Shown piece by piece: positions 1 through 9,100 of a stretch of DNA of 27,977 nucleotides; the stretch's first letter is position 1; every line of letters starts with the position of its first letter. The DNA comes from a virus (taxonomy: Duplodnaviria; Caudoviricetes), in the IMG/VR virus record IMGVR_UViG_3300038530_000371, positions 1 to 27,977 of that record. One strand, written 5' to 3'. A model generated the notes under the pieces. The model did not search any database. It was not told where the DNA came from and saw only the letters and a list, made by a program, of their open reading frames with translations. Both the position numbers and the translations under genes were made by a program.

Positions 1-1
1 A

Positions 2-79
2 AAGATTGAAAAAGGTGAGGAACTTACTTTAAACTATCATTTAGACGGATTAAATTATGGCGAAGAAAGCAAAGAGTAA
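2..79 (+). CDS. 3' end of a probable SET-domain protein (5'-truncated by window)
   Basis: Frame 2 reads KIEKGEELTLNYHLDGLNYGEESKE* (TAA 77-79). I-x-K-G-E-E-L-T-x-x-Y matches the SET C-terminal signature. Only 25 codons are visible and it is not in the ORF track. Confidence 0.6.
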   Translation, partial: KIEKGEELTLNYHLDGLNYGEESKE

Positions 80-281
80 AGGTAAAATATGTCCAGAGGG
101 TAAAGCCTGGGCAAAAAGAACTTTTGATGTTTATCCCAGCGCTTACGCCAATTTAGCTGCCTCCAAATATTGCAAAGATCCAAATTACGCAAAAAAAGCT
201 AAAGGTGGTAAACGAAAAGGTAAAAGGTTTGGTGGTCCTATAAGAGGCCAAGGTATAGTTATGCCGGATAGATTAAGATGA
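57..281 (+). CDS. Small basic phage protein resembling the N-terminal half of DUF5872-like viral proteins
   Basis: Lys-rich, with FDVYPSAYAN motif; overlaps the next gene by 4 nt. Confidence 0.65.
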   Translation: MAKKAKSKGKICPEGKAWAKRTFDVYPSAYANLAASKYCKDPNYAKKAKGGKRKGKRFGGPIRGQGIVMPDRLR

Positions 282-724
282 GCAAAGGGCAGTTACAAAG
301 TTGGCTTGATGAAGATTGGGTAAGATTAGGGGCTGATGGCTCTATAAAAGGCTCATGCGGTGGTAGAAAAAAAGCTGAGGGTAAGCCTAAATGTATACCA
401 AGGAGTAAAGCAAATAAGCTATCTAAGTCAGAACGTGCTAAACTTGTTGCTAGGAAAAGAAAAAAGGATCCAAATCCAAACAGAAAAGGTAAACCAATTA
501 TGGTATCTAACAAATTAAAAAAAGGCGGCACACCATTAGCAAATCCAAAAAAAGCTGATCTTAATAAAGATGGTAAACTTTCTTCTTATGAAAGAACAAG
601 AGGCCTTGCTATAGAGAAAGCTATGAGAAAGCAGAACCGTGCTAAAATGAAACAAGGTGGTTTTATAGCTAAAGGTTGTGGTGCAGTTATGAACAATCGC
701 AGAAAAGTTACCACCATAAGTTAG
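278..724 (+). CDS. Basic phage protein resembling the C-terminal half of DUF5872-like proteins, with an EF-hand-like loop
   Basis: GQLQSWLDEDWV...CGG...PKCIP pattern; DLNKDGKLSSYE loop; K/R-rich. Confidence 0.65.
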   Translation: MSKGQLQSWLDEDWVRLGADGSIKGSCGGRKKAEGKPKCIPRSKANKLSKSERAKLVARKRKKDPNPNRKGKPIMVSNKLKKGGTPLANPKKADLNKDGKLSSYERTRGLAIEKAMRKQNRAKMKQGGFIAKGCGAVMNNRRKVTTIS

Positions 725-732
725 GAGATAAT

Positions 733-912
733 ATGCCAAAGAAAAAAAGTGATGTAGACCCAAAATTACAAGCAAGACTTGACGCAAAAGTTAGACCAGA
801 TGCGCCAGTTTCAGATGATCGGATTATCTTAGATGCAAAAGGTAATGTCGTAAAACCAAAGAAAAAGGCAGCTGCAAAGAAAAAAACTAAGAAAACTACA
901 AAGAAAAAGTGA
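733..912 (+). CDS. Small Lys-rich hypothetical protein (59 aa)
   Basis: AGGAG at 723-727 precedes ATG 733, a better start than 676; C-terminal KKKAAAKKKTKKTTKKK tail. Confidence 0.7.
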   Translation: MPKKKSDVDPKLQARLDAKVRPDAPVSDDRIILDAKGNVVKPKKKAAAKKKTKKTTKKK

Positions 913-920
913 GGAACTAA

Positions 921-1181
921 ATGTTTAAGAGAACTAAAATGTACGCTATGGGCGGCGGAGTGAAAGGAAGAAAATACGCTGCTAAAGGCGGTGGTATGAA
1001 AAAAACTAAATATATGGCTGGTGGCGGAGCTACTAAAGGCTCTAAATATATGGCTAGAGGTGGAGCTATGAAAGGCTCTAAGTACATGGCTGCTGGTGGT
1101 GGTATGAAAAGATCAAAGTATGCATCCGGTATGGGAGCAAATAAAAAGTCTAAATATAGAGCAAAAGGCGGCGTAAAATAA
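921..1181 (+). CDS. Basic Gly/Lys/Met-rich protein made of 12-aa tandem repeats
   Basis: GAGGA RBS upstream; seven K-Y-x-A-x-G-G-type units; no acidic residues. Confidence 0.8.
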   Translation: MFKRTKMYAMGGGVKGRKYAAKGGGMKKTKYMAGGGATKGSKYMARGGAMKGSKYMAAGGGMKRSKYASGMGANKKSKYRAKGGVK

Positions 1182-1201
1182 TTAAGACATAAGGGGGAAC
1201 T

Positions 1202-1888
1202 ATGTCATATTTGATTTCCAACATACCGCAGTTTAAATGTTGGGTTCGAAGAGAATTTACTGCAAATCATCAAAACTATCATGGTGAATACCTGCATGCA
1301 TTAGCATTCGCAGTCAACACTATTCCAGACAGATCATTATCATTTCAAGTTGTGTTCACAGGTTGTGAGACTGATTTTGAGGGCTATCCAGACGAAAACG
1401 TACACGGTGGCGCTATGTGGGCAAGAATGCCGATAGAAGCACTTGTAGCTGACATAAAGCTAGATGAATGGCCAAAAGCTATGGAAGATCATTTAGCCCA
1501 ACCTTGGGATTGTCTTAGTCACCATCATTCAGTTGTCGTTTTAGATAGGGTTAGCTCATCACCTTGGATATGCAAAATTGGTGGTGAATTTTATACCGGT
1601 AGATATATGTTTACGGTAGATTATACAGAGCACAGTATCGCTGATGATCCTGCACAACATAAACAAAGTCATGTGCTATACTTAACGGACGCTGGTGAAT
1701 ATACTGGTAATTTTGTAGCTTTACCTAATAATAGAGTTAGAGCAACGAATCCAGCTTTATGGCGTACTGGAGAGGGTCCACCAGATTTTTCTCCAAGTCA
1801 GTATATACATTCGGCTGAAAAACATGAGAGTTATATGGATCCGGATATAACGTTTGATAATCTATATAACCAGGGAGATAGAGAATAA
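1202..1888 (+). CDS. Phage protein of unknown function
   Basis: 228-aa ORF with GGGGG RBS; rich in Trp, His and Cys; stop overlaps the next start (TAATG). Confidence 0.8.
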   Translation: MSYLISNIPQFKCWVRREFTANHQNYHGEYLHALAFAVNTIPDRSLSFQVVFTGCETDFEGYPDENVHGGAMWARMPIEALVADIKLDEWPKAMEDHLAQPWDCLSHHHSVVVLDRVSSSPWICKIGGEFYTGRYMFTVDYTEHSIADDPAQHKQSHVLYLTDAGEYTGNFVALPNNRVRATNPALWRTGEGPPDFSPSQYIHSAEKHESYMDPDITFDNLYNQGDRE

Positions 1889-2559
1889 TGGCGTTATCAG
1901 GAAGCACAAACTTCGAACCTAATATAACTGAGTTTATTGAAGAAGCTTATGAAAGATGTGGCCTTGAGTTAAGAACAGGGTATGATTTAAAAAGCGGTAT
2001 AAGATCAGCTAATTTAATGTTAGCAGAATGGGCAAACAGAGGCCTTAATCAGTGGACGATAGAACAAGCAACTCAAACGGTTACAGAAGGCACTAGCAGT
2101 TATTCACTTAATTCAAATATTATAGATGTTTTAGACGTTGTTCTACGTAGAACAGTGAATGATGTGCAAACTGATATAAGCATGAATAGGATTAGTAGAT
2201 CAGAGTATATTAATATCCCAAATAAAAACACCAAAGCAAGACCTTCACAATTTTTCTTAGATAAATTAAGCACACCATCTTTAAAAATATGGCCTGCACC
2301 TGAAAACTCTACAGATGTATTAGTATTTAATAAGCTTGTTAGAATGGATGATGCAGATGCGGCAACAAATACTATGGATATGCCATTTAGATTTTTTCCT
2401 TGTTTTGTAGCAGGGTTAGCTTATTACATATCACAAAAAAGAGCACCACAACTTACTCCACAACTTAAATCTTTGTATGAAGAAGAATTTAGGAGAGCAG
2501 CAGACCAAGATGAAGATAGAGCTTCATTTAAAGTAAGGCCAAGACTTAGAGTTCTTTAA
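1888..2559 (+). CDS. Putative head-tail adaptor/neck protein
   Basis: FIEEAYERCG, EWANRGLNQW, LKIWPAP and GLAYYIS motifs resemble podovirus-type adaptor proteins; position precedes tail genes. Confidence 0.6.
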   Translation: MALSGSTNFEPNITEFIEEAYERCGLELRTGYDLKSGIRSANLMLAEWANRGLNQWTIEQATQTVTEGTSSYSLNSNIIDVLDVVLRRTVNDVQTDISMNRISRSEYINIPNKNTKARPSQFFLDKLSTPSLKIWPAPENSTDVLVFNKLVRMDDADAATNTMDMPFRFFPCFVAGLAYYISQKRAPQLTPQLKSLYEEEFRRAADQDEDRASFKVRPRLRVL

Positions 2560-2900
2560 TGGCGTACGCAACTGGCAAATTTGCAAAAGCTTTATGTGAT
2601 AGATGCGGTTTTGAATATAAGTTATTAGATCTAAAAGAAGAATGGAACGGATTAAAAACTTGCAATAGTTGTTATGAGCCAAAACACCCACAATTAGAGC
2701 CATTAACGGCAACCGCTGATCCAGAAGCTCTTTATAAGCCTAGGCCTAATAATGATCATGAAGTTGGAGAAGGTTTTGTTGTAGTAGTCAATAATGATAT
2801 TACTAGATACAATACTATGAACCCAGCAACTTTGGGCACTAACTTTAGTGTAAGTGAAATGACAGGAGGCTTAGGGACGGTTACAATACAAATATCATGA
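2559..2900 (+). CDS. Zn-ribbon-containing virion-associated protein
   Basis: CDRC...CNSC cysteine pairs followed by EPKHPQL; coupled by overlap to both neighbours. Confidence 0.65.
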   Translation: MAYATGKFAKALCDRCGFEYKLLDLKEEWNGLKTCNSCYEPKHPQLEPLTATADPEALYKPRPNNDHEVGEGFVVVVNNDITRYNTMNPATLGTNFSVSEMTGGLGTVTIQIS

Positions 2901-3571
2901 CATTAGCAGAGTTAAAAACATTAATACAAAATTATACGGAAAATACTGAAACTACATTTGTAAACAGTTTAGATGATTTTATTAAAAATGCAGAAAATAG
3001 AATATTTGATTTGGTGCAGTTTGATTATTTTAGAAAAAACGTAACTGGATCACTAACAACTGGTAATACGTATTTAACAACTCCAACAGATTATCAACTA
3101 AGTTTTTCATTAGCTGTTGTAGATGGCAACGGCGACTATCATTACTTAGACAAGAAACATCCATCTTTTATGCGTGAATACAGCGTAGACCCCACAGATT
3201 CAACGCTAAGGGGTCTACCAAAGTATTACGCTGATTTTGATAAAGAGCTCTCTACAGCGTCTAACAATGGATCTACTATTATTGTAAGTCCAGTACCAGA
3301 TGCTAATTACACAGTAGAGTTGCATTATCTTTACAAACCTAATTCACTGGTTACTGATACAACAGGAACCTGGCTATCTAATAATGCTAGGAATGCTTTG
3401 TTGTACGGTAGTTTAATTGAAGCTTATATATTTATGAAGGGGGAACAAGATCTTCTACAAGCTTATGAGCAAAGATTTGCTTCATCTGTTAACAGATTGA
3501 AAAACAGAGCAGAAGCAAGAGGTAGAAGGGATGAATACCGATATGACTCTTTGAGGACTTCGGTATCGTAA
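2897..3571 (+). CDS. Putative phage adaptor/neck protein (second copy of this fold)
   Basis: MTLAELKTLIQNY, FIKNAENRI, GLPKYYA, PVPDANYTVELHY and LLYGSLIEAYIFMKG pattern typical of podovirus adaptor proteins. Confidence 0.65.
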   Translation: MTLAELKTLIQNYTENTETTFVNSLDDFIKNAENRIFDLVQFDYFRKNVTGSLTTGNTYLTTPTDYQLSFSLAVVDGNGDYHYLDKKHPSFMREYSVDPTDSTLRGLPKYYADFDKELSTASNNGSTIIVSPVPDANYTVELHYLYKPNSLVTDTTGTWLSNNARNALLYGSLIEAYIFMKGEQDLLQAYEQRFASSVNRLKNRAEARGRRDEYRYDSLRTSVS

Positions 3572-3577
3572 AACATT

Positions 3578-4309
3578 ATGGAAAAAATCGAAAGCTTAAA
3601 AGGGGCGACTATAGCCATAGTCGGCATGGGAAAAAGTTGGTTTGATTATAATTTAGCTAAATCACACGGTACACATTTTGATGAAGTCTGGGCAATAAAT
3701 GCTGTAGGCAGTGTAATTTATCACGATAGGGTATTTATGATGGATCCTGCGTCTAGATTTTTAGAATCAGATGATGCCGGCGGTCAAACAACCAGTATGG
3801 TTGAAATGTTACTTAATCACGAAGGGCCTATTTACACTTGTCAATTAGACGATAGATGTCCTGGATTAGTTGATTATCCTGTACACGAAATTGTAAGAGA
3901 CACCAACTGTCATTATTTAAATAATACTGTAGCTTACGCCATAGCATTTGCATACTGGAATGAAGTAAAAAATATTAAAATGTTCGGTGTTGATTTTTCT
4001 TATAAAGGAAATTTACATTTTGCAGAGGCAGGAAGAGGGTGTGTAGAGTTCTGGTTATCAAAATGTATTGATGCAGGTATGCAAATAGAGGTTGCAGCAT
4101 CATCAACTTTATTAGATACCGATGTACCTGCCCCACAAAAACTATACGGTTACCACAGATTAGCCGATCCTTTAATTGTTTTTGAGGATGAATCTGGATT
4201 AAATGTAAAAAACTTAAGTGAAATAGAAATTACTAAAAAAGAACAAAAACCTGTTTTAGTTGATAGAAATGACTCACATCTAAAGCCACCGGAGCCAAAT
4301 AAATGGTAA
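3578..4309 (+). CDS. Glycosyltransferase-like protein (sialyltransferase/Maf/MptE-like Rossmann fold)
   Basis: IAIVGMGKS...VWAIN...NTVAYAIAFA...IKMFGVDFSY motif series. Confidence 0.55.
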   Translation: MEKIESLKGATIAIVGMGKSWFDYNLAKSHGTHFDEVWAINAVGSVIYHDRVFMMDPASRFLESDDAGGQTTSMVEMLLNHEGPIYTCQLDDRCPGLVDYPVHEIVRDTNCHYLNNTVAYAIAFAYWNEVKNIKMFGVDFSYKGNLHFAEAGRGCVEFWLSKCIDAGMQIEVAASSTLLDTDVPAPQKLYGYHRLADPLIVFEDESGLNVKNLSEIEITKKEQKPVLVDRNDSHLKPPEPNKW

Positions 4310-4566
4310 AAAAATATATACACGTAAATCAACATAAAATAAGAGCTAATAAAAAAAATGGCACAAATGAGCCTGTAATAACTGTTAAAGAAGGCAGAAC
4401 TAACACTTATTGTCACGAAGTTAAAATTACAGGTGAGGTAATAGTAAAGTATGGCGGTAATGACAAGCCATTATTGCCTTGTGGTGCAAGAGTAGTTATT
4501 GAAACTGATGGATTTGTTGAAATATTAAATCCACGAAAATACTTAGAGGCTTGTGTAAATGAGTGA
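4303..4566 (+). CDS. Hypothetical protein
   Basis: IHVNQHKIRAN...PVITVK...LPCGARVVIET; GGAG upstream; overlaps both neighbours. Confidence 0.7.
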   Translation: MVKKYIHVNQHKIRANKKNGTNEPVITVKEGRTNTYCHEVKITGEVIVKYGGNDKPLLPCGARVVIETDGFVEILNPRKYLEACVNE

Positions 4567-4855
4567 TATAACCCCAGCAGGTATGCCTGAGCTAGGTGTA
4601 ATAGAGGCAAAAACAACAAGTTTTGGTGGTCATCCTCCTGAGTTCTGGGCTGAAAGACTTACAGAAAAGATAGTTAGTTATTCAGAAGATAAAGAACCAC
4701 ATATTAGAGAACAAGCAAGAGCTTACAAAGATGCTATATATCAGGTTTGTTTGATTTATATAAAAAATGCGTTAAAATCTTATAAAGCCTCTCTAATACA
4801 AGATTTAATAGGTGGTGGAGAGGAAGAATTAGCAAAAATTATTAGAGGAATTTGA
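4559..4855 (+). CDS. Hypothetical phage protein
   Basis: 98-aa ORF in operon order; GGHPPEFWAE motif. Confidence 0.7.
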   Translation: MSDITPAGMPELGVIEAKTTSFGGHPPEFWAERLTEKIVSYSEDKEPHIREQARAYKDAIYQVCLIYIKNALKSYKASLIQDLIGGGEEELAKIIRGI

Positions 4856-4856
4856 T

Positions 4857-5285
4857 ATGGCTATAAGCTCTACTTTAACCACAAGTTTCAAAAAAGAACT
4901 TCTTGAAGCTGTGCATAATTTTAAAAACTCTGGTGGTGATACCTTTAAATTAGCGTTATATACAAGTTCAGCTACTTTAGGTGCTACAACTACAGCTTTT
5001 ACCACTACAGGACAAGCTAGTGGCACAAACTACACATCTGGCGGTAACAACCTTACAAGAGTAGATCCAACATCTAGCGGCACTACTGGCTTTACTGATT
5101 TTGCAGATTTAACTTTTGGAACTGCTACTATAACTGCAAGAGGTTGTATGATCTATAACTCTTCTGACAGTAACAAATCTGTTGCTACTATTGATTTTGG
5201 TGGTGACAAAACATCTACAGCTGGTGACTTTACAATAGTATTTCCAGCAGCAGCAGCAAGCACAGCGATTATCAGAATAGCTTAG
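4857..5285 (+). CDS. Virion structural protein (tail/fibre-associated)
   Basis: Thr/Ser/Gly-rich, beta-type; SFKKELL, FKLALYT and IDFGGDKTSTAGDFTIVFP motifs; GAGG RBS. Confidence 0.65.
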   Translation: MAISSTLTTSFKKELLEAVHNFKNSGGDTFKLALYTSSATLGATTTAFTTTGQASGTNYTSGGNNLTRVDPTSSGTTGFTDFADLTFGTATITARGCMIYNSSDSNKSVATIDFGGDKTSTAGDFTIVFPAAAASTAIIRIA

Positions 5286-5289
5286 CCTT

Positions 5290-6117
5290 ATGGCTAATAT
5301 AACTGGTTGGGGTCGAGGCACCTGGGGACAAGGGCCTTGGAGTGAGCCTATACCAGTTACTCTTACAGGCGTAGCAGCTACAAGTGCGCTTGGTACTGTT
5401 TCAGTTGTAGCAAAAGCCAACGTATCCCCATCCTCTCAGGTAACAACCTCTGCATTAGGTACTGTTGCGGTTGACGCAGAGGCAAATGTATCAATAAGCG
5501 GCCTTTCTTCTACTTCAGCGCTTGGCACCATATCAACAATTGCAAAAGCAAATGTCATACCTTCGGGTCAAGCAGGCACAAGTGCATTAGGAACTCTAAG
5601 TATAAATGCAAAAGCAAATGTTAGCGTTACAGGCTTAGCAGGAACTTCAGCTATTGGTGGAGTTGGGGTAAATGGTGATGCTGTTGCCAATGCTACTGGA
5701 GCAGTTGGATCGCTTGGTGGAGTTCTAGTTGACGTAGATGGTGAAGCTAATGTTGTAATTAATGGAGTTGCGGCCACAGGTGCAGTAGGATCTGTAACGA
5801 CACATAATGCCGTTAAGTTTGGTATTGATGGTGTTGCTGTTACTGGGTCAGTAGGTAGCGTAACTATTGGATTAGGGGCTACGGTATTCCCAATAGGTGT
5901 TGAAGCAATAGGTAGCACCTTTGATGTTAACGTATGGGGTCTTGTAGATGAGTCGCAAACAAGAAGTTACTCTAATGTTACAGATACACAAACCTCTAGT
6001 TTTAGTGCAATAAATGAAACACAAACACAAAATTATGCTAATATTGATGATGACCAAAGTTCATCCTTTGCTGAAATTAATGAAACACAAACCCCAGATT
6101 GGGAAGAGGTAGCTTAA
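5290..6117 (+). CDS. Repeat-rich virion fibre protein
   Basis: N-terminal GWG motif, about nine 22-aa repeats (e.g. VTLTGVAATSALGTVSVVAKAN), five C-terminal 11-aa repeats. Confidence 0.7.
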   Translation: MANITGWGRGTWGQGPWSEPIPVTLTGVAATSALGTVSVVAKANVSPSSQVTTSALGTVAVDAEANVSISGLSSTSALGTISTIAKANVIPSGQAGTSALGTLSINAKANVSVTGLAGTSAIGGVGVNGDAVANATGAVGSLGGVLVDVDGEANVVINGVAATGAVGSVTTHNAVKFGIDGVAVTGSVGSVTIGLGATVFPIGVEAIGSTFDVNVWGLVDESQTRSYSNVTDTQTSSFSAINETQTQNYANIDDDQSSSFAEINETQTPDWEEVA

Positions 6118-6120
6118 AAA

Positions 6121-9100
6121 ATGGCAACGTATGTAAATGATTTAAGATTAAAAGAAATAGCAACAGGTGATGAGTCAGGTACTTGGGGGGCTTCGACCAA
6201 CACCAATTTAGAGCTAATTGCTGAGGCGTTTAGTTTTGGCACAGAGGCTATAACAACCAACGCAGATACTCACACAACCACTATTGCAGACGGTTCTACT
6301 GATCCTGGTAGATCTATTTATTTAAAATATACAGGTACGCTTGATTCAGCTTGTACCATAACGATTGGCCCAAATACCGTATCTAAACTATGGTTTATTG
6401 AAAACGGTACATCAGGATCACAAAACATCATCATTTCGCAAGGATCTGGCGCAAATGTAACAATTCCAGCAGGTCATGTAAAAGCTGTATATTCAGATGG
6501 AGCTGGCTCTGGCGCAGCTATGGTTGATGCTTTTACCGATTTAAACTTAGCAGGAACTACAACTGTAGATGTTTTAAGTGGCAGCGGTAATGCAACTATT
6601 GGCGGTACATTAGGAGTTACAGGTATAGTTACGCTTACTGATGATCTAATTATTGGTGATGGTAAAACTATAGGATCTGCCTCAGATGTAGACGCTATGA
6701 CTATAGCCTCTAACGGACAAGTCACTTTTTCACAAACTCTTATTGGTACTGCACTAGACATATCTGGCGATATAGACGTAGATGGCACATCTAACTTAGA
6801 TGTAGTAGATATAGACGGAGCTGTAGATATGGCCTCTACCCTAGCTGTAGGTGGTGTTGTAACTGCAAACGCAGGTGTAGTCGTAGATAACATAACTATA
6901 GATGGAACTGAAATAGATCTATCAAGTGGTGATCTTACGATTGATGTTGCAGGAGATATTATTCTTGATGCAGGTGGTGGAGATTTTGATTTCTTAGTTG
7001 GTGGAACAGAAGTTGGTTCGATAATACGAGATGGCAGTAATTTACAATTAAAATCCTCTATTAGCGATGGTAGTATGATTTTTAGAGGCAACGATGGTGG
7101 CTCAATAATATCTGCTCTCACCCTTGATATGTCTAATGCAGGTGCAGCTACTTTTAACAGCACAATTAATGGTGTAGGTATTCTAGCCGACGCCACTAAC
7201 TTTGTAGACAGTATATTAATCAGCCAAGATGCAGGAACAGGAACTTTATCTTCTGCATCTCATAATGTAGGAATAGGTGATGATGTGTTTAACGTTTTAA
7301 CCTCTGGTATAAATAATACTGCAATAGGTGCTGATGCTTTTTCAAGTCTTACAACTGGACAACAAAACACAGCATTAGGAAAATCTGCTGGAGATGCCTT
7401 AACCACAGGAAGTTTTAATGTATTTATAGGTGATGCAGCTGGAGATGCTGTAACTACAGCAGATAGTAATGTAGCTATTGGACAAAACGCTTTAACTAAT
7501 ACCACTACTGGTGCTACAAACACAGCTTTAGGTAGACAAGCTTTACAAGCTAATACTACAGCTTCAGATAATACAGCTGTTGGTAATCAAGCTCTTTTAA
7601 ACAATACTACAGGAGGATTTAACACAGCAGTAGGAGCTAGGTCTTTGGATGCAAATACCACAGGTGCTGGAAATGTAGCAGTAGGAGAAGATTCCCTTAG
7701 TGGAAATACAGAAGGTGACGACAATGTTGCCATAGGACAAAATGCATTAAAATCAAGCACTACAGGAATAAGACTTACAGCCATAGGACAAAATGCTTTA
7801 ACAGCAAACACCACAGGAGATTCAAACGTAGCGATTGGTAGAAGTGCATTAGGCTCTAATACTACAGCAGATGATAATGTTGCTATAGGTCGAGAAGCAC
7901 TTTTTGCTAATACAACAGGTGCAGATAATGTAGCAATTGGTAATTTTGCTTTAGATGCGAATACCACAGCAAGTAGTAATACTGCTGTTGGTAGGTCAGC
8001 ATTAGGTGCTAACACTACAGGAAACTTTAACGTAGCTTTAGGTGCATTAGCATTAGATGCTAACACAGTAGGCGACAGAAACGTGGCTGTTGGTTATAAT
8101 GCACTTACAACGTATAACCCCTCAAGTAACGAGGATTCTTACCATGTAGCAGTTGGTCATGCTGCTATGGAATCAGTTACAACTGGTAATAAAAACACTG
8201 CTGTAGGTGGATTAGCTTTGCAATCTACTACAACTGGTATAGATAATGTAGGTATAGGTTATGCTGCTTTAAATGCAAATACTACAGCTTCAAATAATAC
8301 AGCAGTGGGAAATAAAGCATTATTATCAAACACAACAGGTACTGCTAATACGGCTGTTGGTAGTTTAGCTTTAGACGCTAATACAACTGGAGATAGAAAT
8401 ACATCAATAGGATATTTGAGTTTAGGTGCTAATACTACAGCAGATAATAATACTGCACTTGGTTATGGAGCACTAAATGTTAATACTACTGGTGACGACA
8501 ATACAGGACTTGGTTCTGGTGCTCTAGTAGCAAATACTACAGGTAATGACAATACAGCTGTGGGTAGAAGTGCTTTAGCTGCTAATACTGTAGGAGAACT
8601 TAATGTAGCAGTAGGAATGAACGCTTTATCTACAAACGTAGATGGTAGTAGAAGTACAGCAGTTGGATATGCTGCACTAGCAGCACAAGAGCCTTCATCT
8701 GCTTCAAATGTAAATAACGTGGCAGTTGGTTTTCATGCACTAAATGCAACTACTACAGGTGTTGAAAATACATCATTAGGTTCTGAATCTTTAGAAGCTA
8801 ATACTACAGGTTCTTTTAACACAGCTGCAGGATATAGGGCATTAGAAGCAAATACTTCAGGAGATGAAAATACAGGTGTAGGTAGAGAGTCCTTATTGAG
8901 TAATACTACAGGTGATAACAACGTAGCTGTCGGTCAAAGTGCATTACAACAAAATACAACAGCATCTAACAACACAGCTGTTGGTTATGATTCACTCAAA
9001 GCAAACACTACGGGCGACCTAAACACAGCAGTTGGTGCTTTGTCTTTAGATGCTTGTACCACAGGAGCAAACAATACTTCTGTAGGACATGATGCTTTAG

